Source of the DNA: an uncultured bacterium
Lineage (GTDB): Bacteria > BMS3Abin14
Length of the DNA stretch: 50,893 bases
Assembly (NCBI GenBank): GCA_965603295.1
Contig: CBFDCL010000003.1
Location: 1-50,893 of the forward strand
Reading direction: 5' to 3'
Part shown: one piece after another, positions 18,742-27,843 of the stretch
Position numbering within the stretch: the first letter of the stretch is position 1
How the letters are laid out: each line of letters opens with the position of its first letter
Translations under genes and position numbers: made by a program
Notes under the pieces: model-generated
The model's database searches: none
What the model saw: the letters and a program-made list of their open reading frames with translations, nothing else
Told to the model about the DNA's origin: nothing

Positions 18742-19704
18742 ATGAAAACCTTTTGCTGCCGCCCAATCTCAACGCATTCAAGATCAGCGGTTGCTGGTCC
18801 ACTGATACTCCTTGTCGCCCTTCTGACCTTGATTTTTTTCGGATGCACATCCCAAAAGGACGGTCCCGAACCGGTAACGGAGGAATACACCCGGACCCTT
18901 ACCATCGGTCTCATACCGGAACACAATATCTTCAAACAGATGGAAAGGTATAAACCGCTGAGCGCCTATCTTTCGGAAAAAACCGGAGTGGGGATCGAAC
19001 TGAAAATTCTCTCCCAGTACGGTAACATCATCAACAATTTTAACACCCTGGACCTTGACGGAGCCTTTTTTGGCAGCTTCACCTACGCACTGGCTCACAC
19101 GAGAATTGCCGTCGAAACTCTGGCAAGGCCTGAAAACTCTGAAGGGGTGTCCACCTACCACGGGATGATCTTCGTCAGGAAAGACAGCCCGATCGACTCT
19201 GCGGCCTTGATGAAGGGCAAACGTTTTGCCTTCGTTGACAAAGCCACCACCGCGGGTTATCTCCTCCCTCTCAAGTATTTCAGGGAGAACGGTATCGAGG
19301 ATTATCAGGACTATTTTTCGGAGACCTATTTCACCGGGACCCACGAGGACGCCGTGTACGACGTCCTGAACGGGAAGGCGGATATCGGGGCCGCCAAGAA
19401 CACCGTTTTCTACCGTCTGGCCCACATCGACAGGAGGATTCTTGAAGAACTGAGGATTATCGATCGATCACCTGAAGTTCCCGAGAACGCCCTGGCCCTC
19501 AAATCCGATCTCGACGAGTCACTGAGATCAAGGATCAGGGATGTCCTGCTGGGAATGGATCAGGATCCGGAGGGAAGACGTGTGCTGAAGGGGTTCGGCC
19601 AGTCGAGGTTCATCGAAACCACCAATCAGGATTACGATCCGGTTTTCAAATACGCGGAAGCGGTGGGGCTGGATCTGGCCACTTATGACTGGATGAACGA
19701 CTGA
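18742..19704 (+). CDS. PhnD-like substrate-binding lipoprotein, probably a sensory input for the adjacent kinase
   Basis: Lipobox FFGC; YHGMIFVRKDS, FAFVDKATTAGYLLP, THEDAVYDVLNGKADIGA; TGATG overlap with the kinase; no permease or ATPase nearby. Confidence 0.85.
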   Translation: MKTFCCRPISTHSRSAVAGPLILLVALLTLIFFGCTSQKDGPEPVTEEYTRTLTIGLIPEHNIFKQMERYKPLSAYLSEKTGVGIELKILSQYGNIINNFNTLDLDGAFFGSFTYALAHTRIAVETLARPENSEGVSTYHGMIFVRKDSPIDSAALMKGKRFAFVDKATTAGYLLPLKYFRENGIEDYQDYFSETYFTGTHEDAVYDVLNGKADIGAAKNTVFYRLAHIDRRILEELRIIDRSPEVPENALALKSDLDESLRSRIRDVLLGMDQDPEGRRVLKGFGQSRFIETTNQDYDPVFKYAEAVGLDLATYDWMND

Positions 19705-21170
19705 TGAAAAAAAAGCTCCTCATAGTGCTCCTTATTTTATCCACAGTCCCTGTCCTGGTCAGTGCCTACGTCATCATCTCCACTGGAAAGGCCACGCGTA
19801 GTCTTCACACCCTGATCCAGCTTCACCAAGTGGCGAACTTAAGGGAGAAAATGCGCGATCAGATCATCCTCCTCCAGCACGACTTGCAACTCAAACAGAC
19901 GCGCAACGCCAGGGATCTCGACACTCTCGTGTCCCATGTGGAGGCTATGAGCAACACCCTCAACTCATGTTTCCATTGCCATCACTCCAGTGAGGTAACC
20001 GCCAGGCTGGATGGACTCCTTGAGGGCACCCAGATCTATAAGCAGGCGCTTAGCCGCGTTTATACCATCAGAGCGAACAAAATCAGGCTGATAAAGGAGG
20101 AAAACAACGCTTTCATGATCGGCGAGAACCTGATCCGGGAAGTGGATGAGATACTTAATTTAACCAACCTCAAACTCGATAAAAAGACGCAGATGGTTCT
20201 CGGGGGCATTGATCGTTCCAAAAACGTCCTCATCATTTTTTCTTTTCTTATTTTCTTTCTTGTCATTGGGGTTTCCACCTGGTTTTACATCAATTTTTCA
20301 AGGCCCATTTCCGCCATCGTGAACGCGACGAACCGACTGAAAGAGGGAAACCTGGATTACAGGATTGTGGGGTTAAAGGACGAATTCGGTGAGGTCGCCC
20401 GTTCCTTTAATGAGATGTCCCGGTCTTTGGAGGAGACCATGCAGAAGATGATGCGGACCGAGCAGATGGCTGTTATGGGTGAGATGGCCTCCCGGTTGGC
20501 CCACGAGATCAAAAACCCTATCACCGGGATCAAGCTGGCAGCCGAAGCCGTCCGAGACGAAGCCGATCTTCCGGAGGAGTTCAAAGATCTTTGCACGAGC
20601 ACCATCACCCAGATAAAAAATATTGAAAAACTGATGAAGGGTCTCTTGAACTTCGCGAAACCTCCCACCCCACACCTTGAGAGGGAAAATATTAACAGTA
20701 TCATTGACACGACTTTCTCAACCATGAAAGTCCTCGTGGATGAAAGGGCTAAAAAACGGGAACAAGGAGAACCTGTCATTCTCGTCAAGGAACTGGATGA
20801 TGATCTGCCTCCCATAATGACCGATGCTTCCCAGGTTCACCAGATTCTCCTTAACCTTATGCTCAACGCATTGGACGCCATTTCAGGAGGAGGAACGGTC
20901 CGGGTAAGAAGTTCCACTTCACCTGAGGAAGGCTTCGTGAAAGTGGAAATTTCGGATACAGGGTACGGTTTCAGTGCCCAGGAGGCCGAAAAGATCTTTC
21001 AGCCGTTTTATTCAACGAAGAGAAAGGGAACCGGTTTGGGGCTTGCCATCGTGAAAAGGCTTACCGATCTTCTCGGGGGAAAGATCCGCTTTTCCAGCGA
21101 TGAGGGGGTGGGAACAACGTTCACGATCTGCCTTCCCATTGAACCGCAAGGGAGTGTTGAGAAAAAATGA
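19704..21170 (+). CDS. Sensor histidine kinase (2 TM, periplasmic CxxCH, HAMP, HisKA, HATPase)
   Basis: CFHCH between the two TM helices; DEFGEVARSFNEM HAMP; LAHEIKNPITG H-box; N, G1, F and G2 boxes. Confidence 0.95.
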   Translation: MKKKLLIVLLILSTVPVLVSAYVIISTGKATRSLHTLIQLHQVANLREKMRDQIILLQHDLQLKQTRNARDLDTLVSHVEAMSNTLNSCFHCHHSSEVTARLDGLLEGTQIYKQALSRVYTIRANKIRLIKEENNAFMIGENLIREVDEILNLTNLKLDKKTQMVLGGIDRSKNVLIIFSFLIFFLVIGVSTWFYINFSRPISAIVNATNRLKEGNLDYRIVGLKDEFGEVARSFNEMSRSLEETMQKMMRTEQMAVMGEMASRLAHEIKNPITGIKLAAEAVRDEADLPEEFKDLCTSTITQIKNIEKLMKGLLNFAKPPTPHLERENINSIIDTTFSTMKVLVDERAKKREQGEPVILVKELDDDLPPIMTDASQVHQILLNLMLNALDAISGGGTVRVRSSTSPEEGFVKVEISDTGYGFSAQEAEKIFQPFYSTKRKGTGLGLAIVKRLTDLLGGKIRFSSDEGVGTTFTICLPIEPQGSVEKK

Positions 21171-22555
21171 AAAGCAAGGGGCGTATTTTCATTATTGACG
21201 ATGATGCCCTCATTGTCTCGGCCACCACCCGGTTCCTGGAACGGACGGGTTTTGAGGTCCGATCGAGCGGGGATGCCGAGGATCTCGAAGCGGGCATCGG
21301 CTCCTTTTCACCCGATGTCCTCATCCTCGATATCGGTCTTCCGGGAAAAAGCGGCCTCGAAGCCCTCAAAGACATCCGGGAAATGAACAAGGAAATTCCC
21401 GTGATCATGCTCACAGCCGACGACACCGTGGAAACAGCCATCCAGGCCATGAAAATCGGAGCAACGGATTATCTGACCAAACCTTTTGAGACGGAAAGGC
21501 TGAAAGTTGTCATCGACCATCTTATGGAGAGGGAAAACCTTCAGAGGAAGGTTGACTACCTGACCCTTCTCAGTTCCACGGTTTTCCAGGAAGAGTTTAT
21601 CGGGGACTCCCAGGCCATCAGGCAGCTTAAAGAGAAAGCGATGAAATTGGCTGAAACCAAGGTTTCCACCGTCCTTATCTCCGGTGACAGCGGCACCGGC
21701 AAAGAGCTCATGGCCAAATATATTCACAATATCATTCACAGGGACCAGGAGGCGAACGAAGCTCCCTTTGTCGCCATCAACTGCGCTGCCATACCGGAAA
21801 ACCTCATCGAAAGCGAACTGTTCGGACACGTGAAGGGATCCTTTACTGATGCAAAGGAAGATAAAAGAGGAATGTTTGAATTGGCGAACAACGGTTCTCT
21901 CTTGCTCGATGAGATCGGGGAAATGAAACTCGACCTGCAGAGTAAAATGCTGCGGGTGCTAGAGGAGAGATCCGTGCGCCGCATCGGCGGTAAAAGCAGC
22001 ACCCCTGTCGATGTGACCGTGATTGCCACCACCAACGTCGACATATCCCAAAGCGTGGATGAGGGACGTTTCCGGAGCGACCTGTACTACCGTCTGAGTG
22101 CCTTCGAGTTCCATGTCCCCCCCCTGAAAGACAGGGTTGAGGACATCATGCCCCTGGCATTTTACTTCGCCCGGCTTTATTCCCAAAAATATCAGAAGCG
22201 GCCCATCCAGGACTTCTCACCCCCGGCCCGGCGGATGATGACCCTTTACCATTGGCCGGGGAACGTCCGGGAACTGAGAAACACGATAGAGCGTATCGTT
22301 GTGCTCGAAGGCTCCGATATGGTCACACCCGATCATCTCCCCAAGGAACTGATCCTTCGGGAAGGGTCTGCACTTCAGGTGGATGGTTCAGGGATCCAGT
22401 TTCCGGAGGAGGGGATCTCCCTCGAGGAGGTGGAAAAGGGACTCATCGTTCAGGCGTTGAAAAGGTCGGGAAACAACAGGGCTAGAGCGGCCAGGCTCCT
22501 GTCGGTGGGCTACGACGCCCTTCGGTACAAGATCGGGAAATACGGATTGGAATAG
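21167..22555 (+). CDS. NtrC-family sigma-54-dependent response regulator
   Basis: Receiver with Asp; GDSGTGKE; ESELFGHVKGSFTDA; LLDEIGE; WPGNVRELRN; Fis-type HTH. Confidence 0.95.
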   Translation: MKSKGRIFIIDDDALIVSATTRFLERTGFEVRSSGDAEDLEAGIGSFSPDVLILDIGLPGKSGLEALKDIREMNKEIPVIMLTADDTVETAIQAMKIGATDYLTKPFETERLKVVIDHLMERENLQRKVDYLTLLSSTVFQEEFIGDSQAIRQLKEKAMKLAETKVSTVLISGDSGTGKELMAKYIHNIIHRDQEANEAPFVAINCAAIPENLIESELFGHVKGSFTDAKEDKRGMFELANNGSLLLDEIGEMKLDLQSKMLRVLEERSVRRIGGKSSTPVDVTVIATTNVDISQSVDEGRFRSDLYYRLSAFEFHVPPLKDRVEDIMPLAFYFARLYSQKYQKRPIQDFSPPARRMMTLYHWPGNVRELRNTIERIVVLEGSDMVTPDHLPKELILREGSALQVDGSGIQFPEEGISLEEVEKGLIVQALKRSGNNRARAARLLSVGYDALRYKIGKYGLE

Positions 22556-22564
22556 GGGAACGGG

Positions 22565-22912
22565 TTGAGGGTTCAGAACTACGGTTTGAGAGTTTGAAAG
22601 TTTGAGAGTTTGTGGTTTGAAGTTGCGGGAAAACACGTTGGACGTTTGACGTTCGACGTTGGACCTTTCTTTTTTGTCTGAAGTTTGAAATTGCGGTTTT
22701 TACAACAGTGCACCGGTGCACATGTGCACTTTTTCAATTCTGAGATTTGAGATCTGAGATTTGAGATTACTCACCAATTACCAATCACCGGTAACCGATC
22801 ACCGTTTTTCACGTTAAACCCCTGCCCACCATAGCTTCAGCGACGCTGGATTAAACGTTAAACCGAGGTTCAACCTCAACTCTCAAACTTTCAAACTTTC
22901 AAACTCTCAAAC
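22565..22912. repeat. Composite intergenic array of 7/8-mer tandem repeats with inverted octamer ends
   Basis: (TTTGARAG)n at the left end; TTGACGT, GTGCACNN, TGAGATT and ATCACCA tracts; (CTYTCAAA)n at the right end. Confidence 0.85.
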
Positions 22913-23905
22913 TATTTTTTCCATCCCCTTCCACATTTCGAGGATCCGGCCGATGGTTTCCTCTTTGACCTTCAGCATCTCGTCCTTGCTGCGGCACGCG
23001 ATGCGCCCCGCCCCGGCGCCAGGATGCCCGTCCCCGATGTTCAGGGTGCGCATGATCTCGCCGATGTCCTTACAGTGTTCCATTCTGTTCATGAGAAAAG
23101 ACAGGGACATGGAAAAAGACAGGTCGTTGGTCTTCCTTCCCCCTGCGAAACTGTTGGTCACCATCAGGACGCCCAGTGATTCCGGGTGCAGGATGAACGC
23201 CGCCCCGCGCATCACCTCCGGCCTCCTGTTGTGCCGGGTCAGATCCACCACAACGAGTTCACGCTCGGGATCATCCGGGTGAAAAGAGGAATCCTGCTCG
23301 AAAAGACGGATGCTCTTTTCCTCCAGGACCCTGTATTTCTCGGCCATCGCATGAACCTGCTCGTCCTGGAGGGCCTGGGCCATGGACCCATTTTTCAGCA
23401 GACGCACCAGCTTTTCCAGATAGGCGTAGCTTCCCCGTTCCAGAGAAGCAGCATAGATGGAATCGGAAAGCCGGCGATCCGGGGTGGGTTCTTGCCATTC
23501 CTCCATGGTGCGATAGTCAAAGGAATCCACCCGGTCGGTTCCGGCCACCGTTTCCCCGATGAACTCCGGAAAATCCACCTTCCCCTGGAAATAATCGTGG
23601 ATCACCCTCGCGCAGGACGGTTCGGGGGCAAACCGGCCGGGTACGTCTCCGGGGTCAATCCCTCTGAGGTTCAGGTCCTGCAGGTTGCCGCTGTGATGAT
23701 CGAACCACATTCCCACCCGCACCGGGCAGGGAAGATCGCAGACCACGTCCCGTTCGGTGGTCGGGGTTTTGCCGTTCTGGACGGAAACCGGCCCCGTGAA
23801 GAAGAAATGGTCGATACCCAGGGAAAGGGAAAGCAGGGCGGCACTCACCACCCCGTCGAGATCGTCGTGGGTCACGATGCGAGTAAGAGTAATTTCAGAT
23901 TTCAA
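22907..23905 (-). CDS. DHH-family phosphoesterase (oligoribonuclease/exopolyphosphatase-like)
   Basis: THDDLDG, VCDLP, FDHH, PSCARVI and GDGHPGAGA motifs; start uncertain. Confidence 0.85.
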   Translation of the reverse strand: MKSEITLTRIVTHDDLDGVVSAALLSLSLGIDHFFFTGPVSVQNGKTPTTERDVVCDLPCPVRVGMWFDHHSGNLQDLNLRGIDPGDVPGRFAPEPSCARVIHDYFQGKVDFPEFIGETVAGTDRVDSFDYRTMEEWQEPTPDRRLSDSIYAASLERGSYAYLEKLVRLLKNGSMAQALQDEQVHAMAEKYRVLEEKSIRLFEQDSSFHPDDPERELVVVDLTRHNRRPEVMRGAAFILHPESLGVLMVTNSFAGGRKTNDLSFSMSLSFLMNRMEHCKDIGEIMRTLNIGDGHPGAGAGRIACRSKDEMLKVKEETIGRILEMWKGMEKIV

Positions 23906-23946
23906 ATTTCAAATTCCAGATTTCAGGAGCCAGGAGCAAGAAGATT

Positions 23947-24507
23947 TTATTTTTTGCTAGTCGTCTTTGCTTTGGATTTTGAGCTTTGGCTTTTGGCCTT
24001 CTCTTTGGCCTTTGGACTTTGGGCTTTCCTTTGGACTTTGGACTTTGGACTTTGGACTTTCTCTTTCCCCCACAAATAGATCGCGTACTCGTAGCCGTCG
24101 AGGAGGGCCCGGAAAGAGGCTTCATTGATATTGTCGCTGGAGGCAGAGACCCTCCAGGCGAAGTTCCCATCAGAGAATACGATGCGCACCTCCACCTGGG
24201 CCGATGTCCCGATGGTTCCCTGGATCAGCTGAACCTCAAAATCCAGGAGTCGCACGTTGGGCACGTCCGGGAATAACCGGGCGAGAGATTTCTTCAGCAC
24301 ATTGGCCAGGGCATCTACCGGGCCCACACCCATGTCGGCCTCGTGCATTTCCTGTTGGCCTGCCCGCAGCATGACGGTGGCTTCAGGCCTTTCACCATCG
24401 TCGATCAGCCGATAGGTTCCGATGACCTCGAAGGGAGGTTTATAATCCTTCAGGAACCGGATAATCCCCAGTTCTTTGGTGGCGTTGATGATGTGGATCT
24501 CGGGCAT
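23947..24507 (-). CDS. Stand-alone LeuA/CimA allosteric (dimerisation) domain protein with a repeat-derived C-terminal tail
   Basis: EATV...G.GPVDAL...L.DF.V....GT.A.V.V...SD...W...S.NI.EAS..AL.DGYEY motif; no catalytic domain. Confidence 0.8.
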   Translation of the reverse strand: MPEIHIINATKELGIIRFLKDYKPPFEVIGTYRLIDDGERPEATVMLRAGQQEMHEADMGVGPVDALANVLKKSLARLFPDVPNVRLLDFEVQLIQGTIGTSAQVEVRIVFSDGNFAWRVSASSDNINEASFRALLDGYEYAIYLWGKEKVQSPKSKVQRKAQSPKAKEKAKSQSSKSKAKTTSKK

Positions 24508-24670
24508 AGCGGCGCGCTCCTCGCGGCAGGGAAAAGTTAAAGGTTAAAGATGAAACGTCAGGACTATTTAAGCGTATTTCCATTATCTTGTCACTTCAAC
24601 AATGGGGGCTGGTGGTGGGGAAACGGTTTGAGAGTTTGAAAGTTTGAAGGTTTGAAAGTTTCAGAAACGA

Positions 24671-24787
24671 TGTCATCGCGAGCTGTCAATCGGGCGAAGC
24701 GATCTCGCGAGTGACCTTTGGGAACAGCAGCGATCCTATAGCTTCGCCTGAGATTGCTTCGACCAGGGTGACGGTCTCGCAATGACA
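24671..24787. repeat. RPE/REP-like palindromic element
   Basis: Terminal inverted repeat TGTCATCGCGAG...CTCGCAATGACA and inner inverted repeat CGAAGCGATCTC...GAGATTGCTTCG. Confidence 0.75.
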
Positions 24788-24875
24788 ACAAAACCACGTT
24801 AAACATTAAACGTTTTCCTAATCACTAATCACAAATCACTAACCACGGCTTTTCCCTCTGCACTCTGCGCTATTA

Positions 24876-25310
24876 TTACCTGTGCTCCATCACTGGCCCC
24901 CCGTTGTAGATAAACAGGTCGATGCACTGAACCGGGCAGACCTTGTCGCAATTCCCGCAGGCAACGCATTTCAGCCGGTCGAGTTCAACTTTACCCTCCG
25001 GGCCCTCTATATGGAGGGCGCCTGTGGGACAAACAGCCGTACAGGCGCCGCAGTGAACGCAGCTGTCCTCGTCCCTCTGGACCTTATCCGAAACCTCCTC
25101 GATGAGGATGTTACAGCTTTCAAGATAATCGATGCCTTTCTGGTAGTCCTCATCGCTGCCCTCGAGGTTGATGATGGCATAGGAATCCTGGCGGGGCAGC
25201 ACCTTTGCCTCCAGGATATTAAAGATCAAATCGGTTTTCTTCGACAGACCGTAGATCACCGGGGTGTTCCAGGTCTTTTTCGTAAAACGCAGAATAACGG
25301 TTTTTTCCAT
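24876..25310 (-). CDS. NIL domain plus 2[4Fe-4S] ferredoxin (homocysteine biosynthesis partner, MA1822-like)
   Basis: P.IY.L....LIFNILEAKVLP NIL motif; two CxxCxxCxxxCP motifs. Confidence 0.9.
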   Translation of the reverse strand: MEKTVILRFTKKTWNTPVIYGLSKKTDLIFNILEAKVLPRQDSYAIINLEGSDEDYQKGIDYLESCNILIEEVSDKVQRDEDSCVHCGACTAVCPTGALHIEGPEGKVELDRLKCVACGNCDKVCPVQCIDLFIYNGGPVMEHR

Positions 25311-25373
25311 GGGAAACTCCTTATAGAACTGAAAAAATTTCGGCCTTCCACGTAAAACATTAAACTTTAAACC

Positions 25374-26126
25374 TTAAACGTGTTTTTTCCCCTCCCCCAA
25401 CGGCACAAGTTCCACCTCCCCTTTGGCCCCGATCCGGTCCCCGAGGATGGCCACTGCTCCGGTGACACCCTCGACGGAAAGGACCCAATCCAGCCCCGGT
25501 TCGATATCCGCTGGTCCTTTGACCCGGTTCCCCAGCGCTGTCGCGGCCGCGTCGGCAAGAGCCCCTGAGGGTGCGATCACCGTGGCGCAGTCGGCCTTCC
25601 CGAAACTGAGGGAGGGCCCCACGGTTCCGGAGGAGGAACACACGGACATTCCGGAACCCGGATCCAGAGTCAGCCCCAGCCGGCCGCTCAACGGGGAAGG
25701 ACCAGCCCACAGACCAACGGTATTGGGTCCCTCACCGATAAGGAAAAGGTCCCCCCCATTTTCCACCAGGATACGGGGACTGAACTCCGACAGATCCGCG
25801 GCCACGGCGTGAGCCAGAGCCCCGGCAACAGCGGCCATGGGACCGATCCCGACGGCAGCGGCGGCATCGATCATCCGGGCCGCGAGAGAGCCCCGGGGGG
25901 CCGGTTCTTCCCAGGGTTCCAGAGTCCCGGTGAACCCGGGATACCGGGCAATATATTCCTCGATATCCGCCCGATGAATTCTGATGGACCGGACCGCTTC
26001 TTTCTTCAGGTCCCGGTCCGCGGCGATCCAAAGGTCGGTCTCCCTGACGGCGGCGGCAAACGACACCAACCCCGGCGGAGTGGCTTTCTCCCTGTAATCC
26101 CGGGAAGCGAAGGAACCGGTGTTCAT
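25374..26126 (-). CDS. UPF0280/ApbE-like protein (MA1715-like)
   Basis: ETDLWI, GIGPMAAVAGA, VENGGD, CSSSGTVGPSLSFGKAD, ADAAATALGN. Confidence 0.9.
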   Translation of the reverse strand: MNTGSFASRDYREKATPPGLVSFAAAVRETDLWIAADRDLKKEAVRSIRIHRADIEEYIARYPGFTGTLEPWEEPAPRGSLAARMIDAAAAVGIGPMAAVAGALAHAVAADLSEFSPRILVENGGDLFLIGEGPNTVGLWAGPSPLSGRLGLTLDPGSGMSVCSSSGTVGPSLSFGKADCATVIAPSGALADAAATALGNRVKGPADIEPGLDWVLSVEGVTGAVAILGDRIGAKGEVELVPLGEGKKHV

Positions 26127-26129
26127 AAC

Positions 26130-27302
26130 TCAGACATCAGAGGGGCCGGGGAGGGGATGCTGGGGTACGCCCAGCGTGAACCCCTCCTCGAGGATCCACC
26201 TCTTGAGTTCCTGACAGATCTCGAGGGCCATCGGCTGGCTGGAGAGGGGGGATGTGGGGATATCCCTCCCGTTAAACCGGATCGTCCCGCTGCGCAGTTC
26301 CTCGTAGCTCACCTCGGCGAGGACCTTTCCCGTGGCCTGCGGGTAATCCTTCCCGTAATCAACGATGTTCGTATAGATATCCTTGTCGCGTACGCCGGTG
26401 AACCTGGCCATCTCCTCATCGAGGATCGGGACGGGGACTCCCAGCCCGACGAACAGGCTTATGCCGTAGCCCAGCATGCTCGAACCCCTCAAATACCTTT
26501 GCTTCATCCCCTTGAGATCGCCCATCACCGCGAGGGTCCCCGCCGGAGTCCGCACCACACCGTTTTCTCCCCGGGCCGCGTTGGGGTTGTGCTGAGTGCC
26601 GTGCCAGATGACAAATCCCTCCCCACCACCGAGAAAAATCCGGGTTCCCAGGCCGATGGTTCGGTAATAAGGATCGTTCATGAGGGGTGACATCTGTCCC
26701 GCGTTGGAATAGTTGGCGTTCCCTCCGTCAGGCTTTAACACGCCCATGTAGGTGTAAATGGTCTGCTCTCCCATGTTCACGGCGCAATTGTAGTTCTGGT
26801 AGGCGTTCCTGGGGTTGAGCAGGACCGCGTAAGGAAGCTCCTCAAGGGTTTTTTCCAGACGGGCATGTTTTTTCGGATAGCAGTCCGTTCCATAGGCCTC
26901 GACTTTTATCGTCACCGCCTTGCCGGACACAAGGTCCTCGATTACGTGCCCCCCTCCATACAGGAACCGCCCCGGATGGACCTTGTTGAGGGGATCATCC
27001 TCCTTCGCCTCGGTGACACCCAGAAATGCGTCTACTGCCGCCAGTCCAGCATAGGCAGGCACATCATTGAACCATATTTTGCTGGCCTTGATCTTGGGTG
27101 TCGTATGGCCGAAGTTGAACATGGCGCTCGAGGAACACATCATGCCGAACGTTCCGGTGGTCACCACGTCTACCTCCCCGGCGGCCCTGGCCGGCCCAAC
27201 TTCATCCACGAGATCGGACATCTCGTTGGCGGTCAGGACAACGGCTTTTCCGGTTCTGATACGTTCGTTGATCTCCTCGAAGCTCTTCTTCACTTTGGCC
27301 AT
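26130..27302 (-). CDS. Homocysteine biosynthesis enzyme (DUF39, L-aspartate semialdehyde sulfurtransferase, MA1821-like, no CBS domains)
   Basis: EINERI..GKAVVLTA.E, VDVVTTGTFGMMCSS, YGGGHVIEDL, GTDCYP, NPRNAYQNY, RTIGLGTRIFLGG. Confidence 0.92.
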   Translation of the reverse strand: MAKVKKSFEEINERIRTGKAVVLTANEMSDLVDEVGPARAAGEVDVVTTGTFGMMCSSSAMFNFGHTTPKIKASKIWFNDVPAYAGLAAVDAFLGVTEAKEDDPLNKVHPGRFLYGGGHVIEDLVSGKAVTIKVEAYGTDCYPKKHARLEKTLEELPYAVLLNPRNAYQNYNCAVNMGEQTIYTYMGVLKPDGGNANYSNAGQMSPLMNDPYYRTIGLGTRIFLGGGEGFVIWHGTQHNPNAARGENGVVRTPAGTLAVMGDLKGMKQRYLRGSSMLGYGISLFVGLGVPVPILDEEMARFTGVRDKDIYTNIVDYGKDYPQATGKVLAEVSYEELRSGTIRFNGRDIPTSPLSSQPMALEICQELKRWILEEGFTLGVPQHPLPGPSDV

Positions 27303-27421
27303 TTTTCCTCTCCTTCACTTTTTCAATGCTTTACCCAAAACCACGCTTTTACCGTGACGAACAAATGTGAAATTTTTTTGCCCTTCATCCTTCATTCAGG
27401 TTTCGCCCGCAATGCCCGAAT

Positions 27422-27450
27422 AAAAAAACCCCTCCCGGTAACAGGAGGGG
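27422..27450 (-). terminator. Intrinsic terminator, expression platform of the SAM riboswitch
   Basis: CCCCTCC-TGTTACCG-GGAGGGG-TTTTTTT. Confidence 0.85.
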
Positions 27451-27470
27451 CAAGATGGTTTACCCGACTC

Positions 27471-27577
27471 CTCATCTACCAAGAAAAACTTGCGGGAATT
27501 AGCACCGGGCACCACGCGATGTGCGCGGCCGGTTGCTGTGGCTTCAGAGGGCCCGTCCCTCCACCACTCTTGATAAG
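27471..27577 (-). promoter_or_regulatory. SAM-I (S-box) riboswitch
   Basis: CTTATCAAGAGTGGTGGAGGGACGGGCCCTCTGAAGCCACAGCAACC...GGTGCTAATTCC...AGATGAG. Confidence 0.96.
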
Positions 27578-27843
27578 GGTGTCTTTTTCCTCTTTTATGT
27601 AGGGAAAGAGGTTATGCACAACCTAACTAGGAAAGTCAAGTATTATAAGTTTTTTCTATTTTCCCATGAACCGGTGGCTGTTTTGAAAGAAAGTGAGAAA
27701 TCGGAGACCTGGACCTGGCAGTAGCATGAAAAATGACCAGGGCCACCGAAATTTTTCAGGACCCGAATAATAATTATGATATAGGTTACAAATAACAGAA
27801 TTTACCCAGGACCAGAACAAGGACAAGAAGAAAAATCGATACC

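Noticed and set aside
18742-19704. Phosphonate ABC transporter
   Set aside because: No permease or ATPase is adjacent, and the gene is coupled to a kinase.
1-22555. Nanowire locus as a mobile island
   Set aside because: No integrase, transposase or att-like direct repeat is visible, and the same intergenic repeat families occur inside and outside it.
22565-22912. CRISPR array in the repeat-rich spacers
   Set aside because: Units are 7-8 nt and contiguous, with no unique spacers, and there are no cas genes in the window.
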